DNA of 57,534 nucleotides, filler included, from Sphacelaria rigidula (GCA_964200075.2; 7 parts of 7 records of this genome joined end to end with filler, not necessarily neighbours in it), one strand, 5' to 3'; counted from the whole stretch's first letter, positions 11,235-24,000 are shown. Numbers and translations are program-made. The notes: generated by a model not told the origin, from the sequence alone.

Positions 11235-11846
11235 ATACGTCAGGGAGATCTCAGTTTTCTGACTGCGTTGCAATTTCGAGTACTCAATAGTACTCGAGAT
11301 TTCCGGGGCACTTTTTAGTTCAGTGGGGGGTCCCGCTACAGTGCGGTCCTTTGAAGTATCGGGTCCCGCTATATTGCGGTAGAAATCACTTGGTCACAGG
11401 TCCAATCCGCTGCACGGATATCCAGCAGACCCTGGACGATAAATTACGTTGTCGAGAAGTGTACTGGTTACAGTATCGAAGAATTGTGTCTATTGCATGT
11501 ACACAAAGGATTCGATGCTGTACGCAGTACACTTTTTGCCGTTGTATTTGTTTTCGTCGCGGGTGTAATGTCAAGTCATCAGTGGTGGGTGTCTGTGCGT
11601 GTTTTTTCGGAGCTGGGTGTGTAGGTGTTGTGCTGCTTTGTTGTGTCTTGTCTGCAGCATTACATAGACCTTGGGCCTGCTTGGACGAACGACCACTTCC
11701 AGACCCGCCGCATCTCTCAACCTGCGTGCAGATCCGAGATCCAATCTGTACGAAACTGCTTGTCGATAGGACTCGGGGCTGGTCGTTATGGAGACAATCC
11801 CCTGTCAAAAGGGGGTTGTGAAAAAGGGAATAATCCCCTTCGTTAA

Positions 11847-11945
11847 CCCTTGGACCGCGAGATCAGTCTTTCTGGATCATGCATACTTTATTTTCACTTG
11901 AAATTGATGCGGATTCAACAGAAGACTAACCTCGCGGTCTAAGGG
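11847..11945. mobile_element. piggyBac-like MITE with perfect TTAA target duplication
   Basis: TTAA|CCCTTGGACCGCGAG ... CTCGCGGTCTAAGGG|TTAA. Confidence 0.8.
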
Positions 11946-11951
11946 TTAAGA

Positions 11952-12157
11952 AGGGCCCTGAGCACATAATTTTTCGATCGAAAGAGTAGGTTGGAAAACG
12001 AATATTATTTCGATCTGATAGGTCGTGATTTCAACCATCTTAGAAAAAAGTACGATAATTGAAATCACAACCTATTAGATTAAAGTTTTTTTGTTTCCAC
12101 CGCACATTTTCACCGCACATTTTCGATCGAAACACAAATGTGCGAAGACACGCCCTA
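11952..12157. mobile_element. MITE-like repeat family M (related at ~27260-27700, 28458-28664, 57460-57534)
   Basis: AGGGC...GCCCT ends with inverted TTTTCGATCGAAA blocks. Core TCTGATAGGTCGTGATTTCAAC recurs inverted at ~27620-27642. Confidence 0.65.
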
Positions 12158-12235
12158 AATTAATAAATTAACAGAAAGTGATGTACTTCTTATCACTAAT
12201 GTAATAGCTATGCTGACCAGGGCCGAAGCCCTTGA

Positions 12236-12354
12236 CCCTTTTGGAACCCATTAATGATTTCTATTTCTGTGAATCGGCATCATTTTCAGTTATTTCTCAA
12301 GTGAAAAAGATGCCGAGTCACAAAAGCAAGAATTGTCAGCGGGTTCTAAAAGGG
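12236..12354. mobile_element. Palindromic piggyBac-like MITE (family P1)
   Basis: TTGA|CCCTTTTGGAACCC...GGGTTCTAAAAGGG|TCAA; homologous to 898-1013. Confidence 0.75.
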
Positions 12355-13339
12355 TCAAGAGTAGGGCGGGGCGTGCACTGCGCCAAGTTGACTGGGGGTT
12401 TTAGCGGGTTCAACCCCCACACTGCCTTGAGCAAAGGTTGCACACGTCGGACAGCTCACGAGTTACCCGACGTAACTAATCGAAGATGACTGTCAGATCC
12501 GTTGTACAAGAACACAGAACACGAGACAGCACTGTCAGAGAAACCAAAGCGTTACCTTCCCGCTACACGGCTTGCTCGGCGTCCATCGCTCTCGGGGAGC
12601 TAATACGAAAATAGGGGCCAAATGAACTAGCCCATGATCCGAATCAGTACTCTAATAACAAGTAACATCCAGCTAGCTCATGAACTGTCTGATGTGTGAA
12701 AGCTTGCGAACGCTCGAGGCGCCTACCCCACATGGCTGCCGCGAGGCAGTCCAGTCGGGCCTCTGGGTAATCGGCACTCGAAGCCGCTTGCGGGGTAAGT
12801 GTTGGGTGAGGTTTCCACACTCTGGACAAGAGAATACACATTAAAAACGTGTACTGCGTACAGTATCGACTATTACGCCTATTGCAATACAGACAATATA
12901 TTCCACACTGTACGTAGTACATTTTCTGACAACAGAATTTGTCGAGGGTGTGAAGATTTCCCTTCCTCCCTTCAAGGAAAAAAAAAAGAAAAAGAAAGAG
13001 AAACTATGCTGATAGAGTGGCACAAGAATTATTCAGGGCGCCGAGGAAAAGCGGAGACATCAGTGTTCCCGCGTGAAGCGTTTTGCATAGAGTGTGCGTT
13101 TCAGACGACGACTCACGGCAGCAAGGCTATCACATCCATCATAATGGTTGACGATTGATGAGAGGGTGATTTGATTGTCGCACGCAAGGTTGTGTATGAT
13201 ATACGGGCTAAAACTTGGGTATTTACAGAAGTATGACAGGGGTATTTTTATGGATGATTCGGGACAGGGGCTAGAATCCCTGCCGAACCATACCGTAATA
13301 TCCGGTACACACTACACTATGGCTTTACTATGAAAACTT

Positions 13340-13665
13340 GTGACGGTTGGGTCGTGGGTTCGAATCTTGGAGCGATCTAGGATTTTTTCTCACACAGTGC
13401 CAAACAGTGGAGAGCGACTATATCGTGGGTACACAAAATTCTACTTGATGATAGATGAGGGAAAGGGGCTGCTGAACCGCTGAACCCCTCTCGCGACAAA
13501 CGAAAAAAAGACAAGCACCCGAAGAAGAAAGGTGAAGAACTCAAAAAAACAAGAAAATAAAAATAAAACTCCTGTGTTGGCCTTCCTCCTGTGTGACCCC
13601 GGCTGGTGCGCCCACATATACCGAAAAGTGTAGACCGGCGTCCAGAATAGATGGGACGACAACAC
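13340..13665 (+). mobile_element. SINE family S1, 5'-truncated (A-box missing)
   Basis: B-box GGTTCGAATCT, conserved body and 3' end GATGGGACGACAACAC. Confidence 0.85.
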
Positions 13666-13920
13666 AGTATGCCAACCAAGAATCCCCCACTTCCAGGTAT
13701 ACCCTACAGGACGCGACCTTGGTGGCACGTGTGATCCCGTGTTTTCCCTGGTATCAAACACAATCATGATTACACCCCGCCCATCGTAGCTTCACTCCGT
13801 GGAGAAGCTGATATGTTTGCGAATGCAAGCCGTGGTTGGCCACGAGATACTACTTCAGGCGTATAGCATGTGTACTCTAGGTGCAAAAAAAACACACCCT
13901 GGATAATGACTACTACATTA

Positions 13921-14030
13921 CGAGCCTGGTTCGGCGAAAACTCGGCGTGTTCCGTCCCGGCTTCGTAGGGGTGCGAGGTCGAGGGTCCTGTAACTACGGC
14001 ATGCAAGATCATTAGTACACCCCCCCTCCC
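13921..14030 (+). repeat. Family R3, type-a end
   Basis: CGAGCCTGGTTCGGCGAAAA...GCATGCAAGATCATTAGTACACCCCCC. Confidence 0.8.
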
Positions 14031-14231
14031 GCAATCTGTTGACCCTGGAGTATTCTTCGCTCCAAATCACTAGAAACGTGAAGGTCTCTTTCCCTTCCTC
14101 GTGAAGAATCATGGGTAAATATTTAGGCAGGGAGGTTTGTCGTTAGATACGACAGTAAATGAAGCGAATCAGGGTCATGATCCAAAATCACTATCTCGTG
14201 AGGGAAGGGGATTATGTTGATGGTATATTAA

Positions 14232-14359
14232 CCCTTTTGGAACCCGCACTGACGATTTTGTTTTGTGAATCGGCATCATTTTGGCTCGAAAATGACTGAA
14301 AATGACTGAAAACGATGTCGATTCACGAGAACAGAAATCATCAATGGGTTCCAAAGGGG
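14232..14359. mobile_element. Palindromic piggyBac-like MITE (family P1)
   Basis: TTAA|CCCTTTTGGAACCC...GGGTTCCAAAGGGG|TTGA. Confidence 0.8.
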
Positions 14360-14614
14360 TTGAGTTTCGGTACCAAGTTTGCTCGGGCGAGAAGCCCATG
14401 GTTATGATTATGCTTAAAAAAGATGTGCCGCATTGAATCACTCGCTTCACCAACCAAGACGTATTCAATCAATCAACCGGTCTATGATTTACTTTGTTGC
14501 AGTGTTTGAGTTGAGAATGGAAGACACCAATGAGGCAGTGTATGTATAAGCCGTGGCTGTCTGTGGAAGTGGCGATACCACAAAATGCAGCTACTCATTC
14601 GAGGCTGTTTTAGT

Positions 14615-14800
14615 GGGATGGAGTTCACCCTTCACGCGACTCGCCGAACACATCACGGTGCTTCGCGCTTGGTGATTGATTGTGAGCCTGGTCCGGCGAA
14701 AACCCGACGTGCTCCTTCCCGGCATTCTAGGGATGCGAGGTCAATGGTCAAACGACTAAGGCAAGCAACAAATGAGTACGCCCCCCCCCCCCTCCCCCTC
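14615..14800 (+). repeat. Family R3, longer copy with type-b end
   Basis: Shares the upstream block ACTCGCCGAACACATCACGG with the 32343 copy. Ends AAACGACTAAGGCAAGCAACAAATGAGTACG(C)n. Confidence 0.8.
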
Positions 14801-14851
14801 CTCCCGCCCCTCGATCGCGCGTACCCCCCTGTACCTCCCTTTATGTCCTAG

Positions 14852-14989
14852 GTAAGGTTGTCCGAGTCGCATGGACAGACGGCGTTTCAACGATATCTCC
14901 CAAGAGGACCGCTTGCCATGCTTCCGCTCAGGGGAGACAAGGCATCGCTGGTGTGGTCCACCACGCCCGAGCACGCCGAGCAACTCAAG
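14852..14989 (+). CDS. COQ6: Exon of ubiquinone biosynthesis monooxygenase COQ6 (UbiH/VisC family); not captured by the ORF track
   Basis: Acceptor cctag| and donor AAG|gttaaa, 46 codons. VRLSESHGQTAFQRYLPRGPLAMLPLRGDKASLVWSTTPEHAEQLK matches the COQ6 motif AWQRFLPxGPxALLPL....SLVWST. Confidence 0.88.
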
Positions 14990-15519
14990 GTTAAATGAAG
15001 AGGGGGTTGGCGTTTGCGATTTTTGCTACGTACGCGTGTTTTAGGTTTGTTTCGGGTCGGAGCGTCTTCTTTTATTGCTTGTAAAGAAACTAAAGGAGAA
15101 AGCGGGGAATTAGCCTGAAGAACAGGATGGCTTTATCTGCCGTAGGGGAAATGATGGATGCCGATTGTCGCCGCCGTTCAGTGGGGCCCTGCCTCAGAGG
15201 TGATTGCCTTAGAATTGAGAGCCCACATTAGTAATCGGTTGATGGATTGATTGCTTTTTCTGTATACGTTTACTGACTCCCCAGGAACCCAACCGTGGAC
15301 ATATTATAAACGTACCTGAGATGAAGCGAAATGCACACACTCGCCGGAGGAAAATGTCTAACCCTTTTTCTGTGTGTATGTGTGTGTGTGAGGAGGTATC
15401 GTCCACGACGTACTCCGCCCAATGTAGCACTGTAGTTACCACCGACATGGCGTCGAAAATACAGCCGAAACTTTGTCACTAGAAGGGTGTTGATCTGGGG
15501 GAGGGAAGGGAGAGGGGGA

Positions 15520-15590
15520 GGGGGGCGTACTCATTCGTTGCTTGCCCTAGTCGTTTGACCATTGACCACGCATCCCTTTCGAGACGGAAC
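15520..15590 (-). repeat. Family R3, short type-b copy
   Basis: GGGGGCGTACTCATTCGTTGCTTGCCCTAGTCGTTTGACCATTGACCACGCATCCC. Confidence 0.8.
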
Positions 15591-15788
15591 ACCGTTAATC
15601 GGGGAGGGGGTGGGGGATATATTACGTACCGGTCATACACATGGCCACCCGACCGTACTAACACTCCCCATTGCCTTTCATTTTGTTCCTTGTTGTGCTG
15701 TGCTGTCCTGCGCTGCGCCGTGCTATGCTGTGCTGTGCTGTGCTATGTTGTGGCTTGGGAAATTCGCCCGCTCGCCTTCGATGCTCAG

Positions 15789-15957
15789 TCTCTCACTGAG
15801 GCCGAATTTATACAGGAAGTGAACGATGCCTTGCGGCGCCCCGCGGGATCCGGGGAATATTCTTCGGAACGCTCGGAATTTTCCGCAAGCGGCGACCCTG
15901 CTTCGGCTGCGTCCTCTTCGTCTTCTTCGCCTTCGTGTGCCTCTTTCGGCAGCAGAG
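15789..15957 (+). CDS. COQ6: Next COQ6 exon
   Basis: Acceptor gctcag| and donor AG|gtgaga. In-phase continuation SLTEAEFIQEVNDALR (COQ6 pattern L....F...VN.A), then a Ser-rich stretch. Confidence 0.8.
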
Positions 15958-16468
15958 GTGAGATTCGGCTTCTTGATGAGTGTCTGATATTATTCGCGTG
16001 CGCGCTTGTCTCGTACACACGATGTGAGTGTGTGCGTGCATGCTCCATGTTTGTGCCGTCTATCCATGGAGGATGTTATGAGAGACAAGAGAATCCCGAT
16101 CCGCCTTTTTATGACGAGGGAACCGAACCGATCTTTATTCATTTGTGATGAATCCTATCTGGACAATTATCTGTGACGACGACAATGTATGCGCATGTAC
16201 TCGTATATGCCGGGGATATACTTGAACAGATGGTCCTCCTGGGCCGTCTTCTTTTGCATGTTCTCCACCGTTGTCGTGCTAGAGGTTCACGATTAGTGCC
16301 TGAAAATCATCAGGGCTGGTCCTCGGAACTTTTTCCGCAGTAATTTCACCGCGGTTGTTTCCTTCTTTNNNNNNNNNNNNNNNNNNNNNNNNNNNNNNNN
16401 NNNNNNNNNNNNTTAATTAATTAANNNNNNNNNNNNNNNNNNNNNNNNNNNNNNNNNNNNNNNNNNNN

Positions 16469-19400
16469 TCCTGAGTGATGGTGAGCGTACCTCTTTCACG
16501 ATCGCGAGTGACTTGCATTCCCAGAACAAGCGATACATTCCCCATGTCACTCATCTTGAACTTATCCATGAGCTTCCTCTTGATATCTTCGATCACACTG
16601 ATGTTGCTCCCAGCGACCAGGAGATCGTCGACGTAGAGGGTGATGATCACAATCGTTCCACTATGATTGTATATGTAGACGCAAGAATCTGATTTCAGAG
16701 ACGTGAACCCAAGTTCTATCAGTTTCGGATCTATCGTTTGCCACCAGTTGCGGGGACTTTGGGCTAGGCCATAGAGGCTCTTTTGCAGCTTCATGACAAG
16801 TTGGATTCCATCCGTATTGGTGGTCTCGAAACCAGGCGCCATTTTTATGTACACGTCCTCCTCGATGTCTGCGTAGAGAAAAGCAGTCTTCACGTCAAGC
16901 TGGATTACTTCCCAGTTCAACTCAGTAGCGATCGCGAGCACCATCCGAATGCTTTGTAGTCTGCAAACGGGAGCGAAGGTGCCGCCGCAGTCTTTCCCGG
17001 GTACTTGATTCCAGCCCTGTGCAACCAGTCTGGCTTTATATGTCTTGTCCGGCTTGACTTTGAAGACCCACTTAGAGCCGATAATTTTCAGTCCCAGAGG
17101 GACATCTGTCTTCGGAACGAGAGTGTACACTTTCAGGTCTTGCAGACTTTTCAATTCTTTCTGTGCTGCTTCTCTCCACTTCGTAGCTTCCGGCAACTTC
17201 ATAGCTTCGTCAAAACTCGTCGGGACCTTGATCGTTTCCGATCGAAGTTGTGTAGAAGTTGCTGCGTAGGCATACTCGACCAAACTAAGCTGCTCATGTG
17301 TGTGTGCCACATCTGGAAACTCCCCTTTAGCGAAGTAAGCAAGCTTGTTAAGTTCTCGGACTGTTCGCGACGTAGGCACACGTTGATTACGCTCTGAAGG
17401 CACATGTTGGCTAGTCTGTCTACGCGTTCTGGTGTGAATCCCCGATGGAGCTGACTCTTCGACCGGCGATGATTCAGGCGATGCCGAAGGTTCAGGAGCA
17501 GCAAGTAAATCTCTGGACGTGATATCTTTTATGTGATTGAGTAATTGATTTACCGAAAAGTCTTGAGTCACACGGTCTTCCGACGCACTAAGGTCAAGGT
17601 TTGACGTATAGTTGCGCACGTCTCGCACAAGGTCCTCATGTTCGTCGTACGAAAAAGTTCCTTCGTCAAAACCGTTCACCACGTCTGGTTCCGGCATGAC
17701 AGGAGGTGTCTCGATGAAGACGACGTTTCGACTCTCGCGTACTCTTCGAGTTTCCGGGTTATAAATTCGAAAAGACTTGCTGTCCATGCTGTAGCCTACG
17801 AGTCGTCCTTCCCAAGCGCGGGGTTCCAGTTTCTTGGTATGTACTTCTACGTGAACAAAGGCCCTTGCTCCGATAGTCCGAAGGTGTCCAAGATTAGCTT
17901 CCTTGGCGTAGAGAGCTTTGAACGGCGTTTCATTGCTGAGAGCTGAGTGTGGAACTCTATTGATGAGATATGAAGCAGTTTGTATGAGTTCTCCCCACAG
18001 GAAACGCGGTAGGCCGGAATCAGACAGCATGCATCTCACCATACCCCCTAAGGTGCGTCCAAGCCGCTCGTTTGCGCCTATCTGTTGTGGAGTATTAGTT
18101 GAGGCAAACTCGAGCTTTATACCTATACTTTGGCAATACGTACGAAAGGCCGAACCTGTATTTTCACCTCCCTTGTCCGCTCGCAGGCGCTCCAAGCGCA
18201 GTCCAGTCGGGATGACGACGACCTGGTTGTACAGCTGTAGGGCGTCAACTGCAGAGCTCTTCTCTTTTGTCAGGAAAACCTCCGTCCATTTGGTGACCTG
18301 ATCATTAAACTTGACAACATAACTGAATCCACCTAGTGCTTGCGGGGAGATTGGTCCCATGATGTCGGTGAAAACTAGCTGAAAAGGAAGCTTGACGTTG
18401 TATGATGCTTGCTTCGGGTGAGGTTGTTGTGCGCTCTTGCCGACAGCGCAAACATCACAAGCCTGTGGGTCTCCGTTATACTCAACATCATTACCCTGCA
18501 CTCTCCGCAGTATATTCATGTTTCTGCTATTAATGTGACCCAGGCGGCGATGCCATAGGTCTGCTGACTCGGTCCGCAAAGCTACTTTATTTGCTACATT
18601 GTAGGCAGGTAGTTCTAACGAAAAGGAATATAACTCATCATTCTGAAGCCGCTGCAACGGTATGGTAACATTTCCTACTTCTAATCTTGGTAAAGATGGA
18701 TCAAAAATCGTAGTCACTCCCCTTTTTGTAGCTGCCGGGACAGAAAAGAGGTTCCTTCCAAGGCCAGGAACGATGAAAGCACTGAAGTCGATTGGTGTCT
18801 TGTGACCGTTGACGTCTTGAACAGTACCGTGGACTGTACCTGTACCAACACCTTCGAGTTGATGTCCACCAGCTGTGCAGATTTTATGTGTTTTGTGAAG
18901 TACAGTGTAATCCCTCATACGATCTGTGAAATCCGGTAAGAGTGATGGGTCGATGAACGTGTCAGTAGCCCCACTATCCACCATCATGATGAGGGATGAA
19001 ACTTTCGAGCTCAAGTTGGCGCTCGAACTTGAAGTAATCATCATGAAGGCACCACCGAAAGCACCAAAAAGTCCCGAGGTGTTGTCGTGTTGACGACGGT
19101 GTCCAAGTACAGCCTGGTTGACGGCTGTAGTCGTCTTCGTGTTGACGGCGGTGGTGTTTGCAGAGGGTCCTATGGCTGAGAGCGAAAACCCAAACAAGGA
19201 GTTGTCCTCATCCTTGTCCGTCTGGAGATGGGCACTCCCTACTTGTGCAAAATTAGCTTGAGGTGCCGGACTCTTCAGTTTCGCTTGCGCATAGCATTCA
19301 TCATCGGAATGCGTTTTTGATCGATGGTACGAACACCACTTGTCTCCACCGCCACCTTTTTTCGAGGGCTTTTTCTTGTCATTTCGAGGTTGATGCTTTT

Positions 19401-20142
19401 CCGGGCAATCACGCTTACGATGTCCGTATTTTTTGCACTTGAAACATTGAACGTTATCGGGGGCAGCTGCCATTGCTACCCCACGTCCAGTGACGGATGG
19501 CCCCGACGATTTCCGCGATAGTTCATCGATGTACATGTTAATAACAGTGGATCGGATTTCTGGAAGTCCGAAGGAACGATCGCGATGACTGGTTTGTCGT
19601 ACGAAGTTGTACTCCTTGGGTAGAGCGCGAAGAAGAACATCTTCAAAGCTTTCGTCAGGAAAATTTTCTCCCATGTCTCGCAAACGTGCACGCAAATCGT
19701 CCATTTTAGAGAAGAAATCTGAAGGGTCTTCACCAGACTTCATCACTGTAGTGAAGAGTTGTTCACGGCATGCACGACGGGCTTCCTTCGTATTTCCGTC
19801 GAATCTATCGGCAAGCGCGTTCCACGCCGCTACTCCGTTTCCAAGAGATCCATCTGCAGAAGTTGCTTCGTGTGCTTTAACTGTGATATGCGCGGATCCT
19901 TCAGTTGCAAAGTACAAAAGTGAAAAAAGGTTTCCGTTGGCTCTATCCCATTTAGCAACATCTTCACTATTGGTAGCCGAGGGTTGAGGGCGCGGAGTCC
20001 CGTCCAAAATTGCCAGTAATTCGGGCGAATGAAATCCGATAGCTTGACGCATTTTCGATTTCCATTCTCGGTATCCAGGCCCTGAGCATTTGGAGATAAA
20101 CTGTAGTGTCCTATGTAAGGACGACGAGGACGATTCCGCCAT
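16469..20142 (-). CDS. Ty1/copia gag-pol polyprotein, 3'-truncated in RT by the contig end
   Basis: Uninterrupted ORF of more than 1200 aa in copia order: gag, CCHC knuckle CFKCKKYGHRKRDC, protease VDSGAT, LWHRRLGH...CDVC, integrase core (VFTD, RADKGGE, ANER), RT (QLDVKTAFL, LYGLAQSPRNW, LYVDDLL). Confidence 0.97.
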
Positions 20143-20354
20143 GCCAGCACGCCCGGAGATTCGATAAACCTAATAAAGGCCACAGGCACTTAATAAAGAC
20201 CCCCCCTGAGAGTGATTCAGAGAGGCTGTAACGTAAGTTTGTGACTTACTGACCAACCAACACCGCAGGTGGCTAAACTGCGATGTTCTGACGCCGGAGT
20301 CGCCAACTCCGACCACGTCCTACAGGCACACTGGTCAGGTGTACTGCTCAGACT

Positions 20355-20452
20355 CTACACCTTTAGTGTAGGCTACACCCTGTAAAGTGTAGGCTTGTTT
20401 TGGCCAACTACACCTGTTCCCGTGTAGGCTACACCCTGTAAAGTGTAGGCTT
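20355..20452. repeat. Duplicated hairpin cassette in the copia leader
   Basis: Four CTACAC-loop-GTGTAG stems; GTGTAGGCTACACCCTGTAAAGTGTAGGCTT occurs twice. Confidence 0.85.
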
Positions 20453-20720
20453 AATTCGGCTGACAAGCACGATTTTACGGTGCTACTAGGCCAAAGTCTG
20501 ACTCTCAGCAGACTTTGCTGCGCGTGCTTTTTGCGCAGGCTTTGTCCTGAGGTTTGTTACAACCCTCAAATGTGCAAAGTTCCTTGCGCCGCCCGGAAGC
20601 GACTCGTAGACTCAATGCCCCCCGAATGCTCTACACAGATAGCACGTACCGTGTCCTTATCCTGTGTAGTCTTAGAGGAATGTGTAGACAATTCCTTAAC
20701 ATCACTCCGTCATAATAACA

Positions 20721-21071
20721 AGTTAGGAGGAAGGGCTTGTCGATCACGAGGCCAGTGATACTGAAGGAGTCCCTCGTTAAAGTCCTGCTGTCCAGATCAT
20801 CTGGCAGAGGCTATATAAATCATCATTCTCGCGGAGCAAGGGCGAAATGAGAAACAAAAATCAAGAAACGAAAACACAAGAACCCGGGAGTATGTCTTGG
20901 AAGGACCACAGTAGGATGAGGAGCTGTCCTTTGAGGCATGGAGCTGGCACGCACCCTCGAGATTGGAGAATGATCCTCGACCAGTTATTCACGTTTCACA
21001 CTTTGGTGATCACGGCTGGATTCCTGGGGGATGAGGTCATGTGAGACAATCGATCGACCTACGTATCAACA
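20721..21071 (-). repeat. Candidate 5' LTR of the copia element
   Basis: On the minus strand it begins TGTTGATA and ends CCTAACT, followed by TGTTAT. No second LTR is available to confirm it. Confidence 0.4.
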
Positions 21072-24000
21072 CTGGCGTGGCCCTCTGTTGTGCTTTACTG
21101 ACTGGACTCCTGTACAAGACAAAAATTTGAATTTGAGGTTCCGCCGCATGTTTTCCACAACCGTACTCACTGTCTGTGCTGTGCTACGGTACTGTTGTAG
21201 TGACGGTTGTTGTATCGTGAACTTCGCCTGTGCCTTGCCATACAGTCTACAACTCTGACAAAAACGACAGCTCAGGAGCAGTCAGACTCGCGGCCAAACG
21301 GCGTCTGATCGCGCGGTACCAAACGGGGATAACACCCCCCTAACAGAGGAAGGGTTGAGTACAATTTCCACCTCCCTCGAGTTTCCTTCACCGAGTGTTC
21401 TCGTTTATTTCTCGTGGGGAAGACCATCTTTCCGCAACGGCTGGGTTCGTCGAGGATCAGTGAATGTGCAAAAGTCAATAGATGGAGCAATATACATGGC
21501 GTTATCGTCCATGTACAGCACACAACGCTCCAGGAGGAGAACGAGTGCCTGTGCTGACCAGTACAGACAGTCCAGGGTGGTACACCCCTCCTTGTGAAAA
21601 CGGTTTCAGTTTCGAACTCCACGTAAAGAGGCACCGGCTACGACATCAATGACATGAGCTAACATTTCGTCTCCCAAAATAACTGATTTTTCACGAGTGC
21701 AAAATCCTTGCTCCGAGAATCGAGGCTGGACACATGTACTAACTATCGCTGTAGGGTGCTATACCCCGTATATAAGGACGATTTTCAAATATTTGAATGT
21801 TACCGCTTTTTTTATTTTTGCGCCTTTCATTGTGAATGGAGATGCGACGAAACGGTACAGAGTACAAGAACTTCATGCATAGGCTTCGATCAGCTATAAG
21901 TGGAAGGACTCACCCACGCTAGCTTTTCCTCCATGTGTAGCCCTGCACCCGCTCGCGCCGATTTTGTATCATGATGTACTTCAGCAGTCCAGCAGTCGAC
22001 AACGTTTTCTTGGGTCACTTTCGATCCGAAATGAACGGCAGTTCCCGCTCGGGTCAGTCGAGAGATGATCATCTTGGAAAAAGAGGTCGGGGATGCAAAG
22101 GAGTGTCAGCTCCACACTCCAGAACAGTGTTTTCCCGAACCTAAAGGCATGACAAATTCATTTCATATAGACGAACCCATGCTGCCCGACCTCCCTGAAA
22201 CTCTTCGTGGGGGCTTTCCGTAATTCGTTCACAGACTTGTGTAGTCTGCTTTCTCTGTTGTCCCTTTCCACCGCATATTTACACGTTTTATATATAATAC
22301 TTCTCATGTTGTGTTTTATCCTGCCAGTGTATGGCATAGCAGTGCGGTATACCTCGGTTCATTGTGTCCGTTCATGGGTGAGAAGACCCATACCCTGAAT
22401 GGAGCGGTCGTAGTATTGTAGATGGGCCGCAATATTTTCCTCCCCACGGCCTTTTTCTATTTACGTACGTCTGGGTAGCATGTGTGATGCTACGCAAGAC
22501 CTTCTCCGCCGAAGCCATGTGGTGAAGGCCGGCCATTTCATTTATTTTTTCTTCTCTTTTTATGTTCATCCATTTCCTTCTCATGTATTTGTCTGCTATA
22601 GTTATGTCGTTCTGTTCTACCACACCTTTCCTATTATTCCTTTTTTCTTCAGTAGGTATATATATGGTGTTCCATGGCAGTTTTGTGTTGTATCGGGTAC
22701 CTACGTCTACCATATGTGACCACGGCTGGACCCCTGGGGGGTCAGTTGAGGCACGACAATAAAATCAAATTGAATCTCACCGAATGAAAAAATGGCAAGT
22801 GCGAAATCACTTTTTTCCATTACAGACAAAAAGCTTCCCTCTTTTCTCATACCGAGATCGAGGCAAATAAGCGTGCTCTCGCAGTGTGGCATTTTCAACA
22901 TGTGTGAGGGAATCTTCTTCGAAATAAATATGGAAGTACAGGCGGAAGAGAGGCGGACGCGAACACAACATGGTGAACGAAGAGTGCGGCCGCATCATTG
23001 ATTCTAAGAGGTCGGAAAGGGTAACAGTTATAACTGGCCATTATCATTATAATGGTAGTAATAATGGTGATGGTTACATGAAAATTTTGGATAATGCGGT
23101 TTCAAACCATCATTTTTGCCGTTACCGGCTTCACGAGCCGGTAACGGCTACGTATGCTACATCCAGCCCTTGAACATTGGCCCAACTTTGATGTATTTCT
23201 TAGCTCTAGTGAAGCCAAATCGCGTATAAACGTGACTCCGGCACGACGTCGCCAGCGGGGCCCTCCGGGGGCGCCTCCGGCGAGGTCCCCTCTGCCGGGG
23301 GAGGCTTTTCGGCTCGCGGCTGCGCCGCTCGATGACCAAACCATTATGTACCATTTAACTGGTTGATGAGTGCGCTACGCGTCACCATTCAACTGGGTAA
23401 TGGTCGGGCAAAGCATTTCCGACCTCTACTGGTCGTACTGAAATAACCATGGGGGGTACCAACCCATGAGGGTGGGAACGACACCCACCTTGCCTAGGGT
23501 CATGGGGACGAGGTTGCGTTCGTTGTAGGGTGTGTGTGGGTGAAGCTACAAGATGCCTCGGGTGAGCAGGGGAGTGATTGAAATGGGTCAGGGGGTTTCT
23601 TGGAAACATGCGGGGGGACGGTACCGCCCATATGTAGGTGTGTTTCAGGACCAGGATCCGCTCTGGCAGTCACATTATCATCACATCGACGAAAAAATCT
23701 CTCTTCATGCAAATTCTAGACGAAAACAGCAAAATAAAAACAAACCTACACTTCAGCATGAGCCAAATCGTGTCTCGAGAGAGTTACTGTACTGTAGCTG
23801 CGACGAGAAGAGCTGCTTCTCCTCCTGCGGCTTGGGGTGCGTGCTAACACGAACCACTCTGATGAACAGTCCGAAACACCACCAGAAAAAACAAAATTAA
23901 AACGATTTCCGTGTAGCCAGCAACCACAAGAGACGGAAACCTCTCAAGAGAAACGATGAAAACATTTTGGAGAGTTTCGGAAAACGCTGTTCTTTTGTCA

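Larger units (their letters stand above)
16469..21071 (-). mobile_element. Ty1/copia LTR retrotransposon (5' portion)
   Basis: Polyprotein as above plus a ~580-bp leader and a candidate 5' LTR. The right boundary is inferred. Confidence 0.85.

Noticed and set aside
23855..23885. Hammerhead ribozyme-like CTGATGA...GAAAC
   Set aside because: No stem II pairing and no convincing flanking stems.
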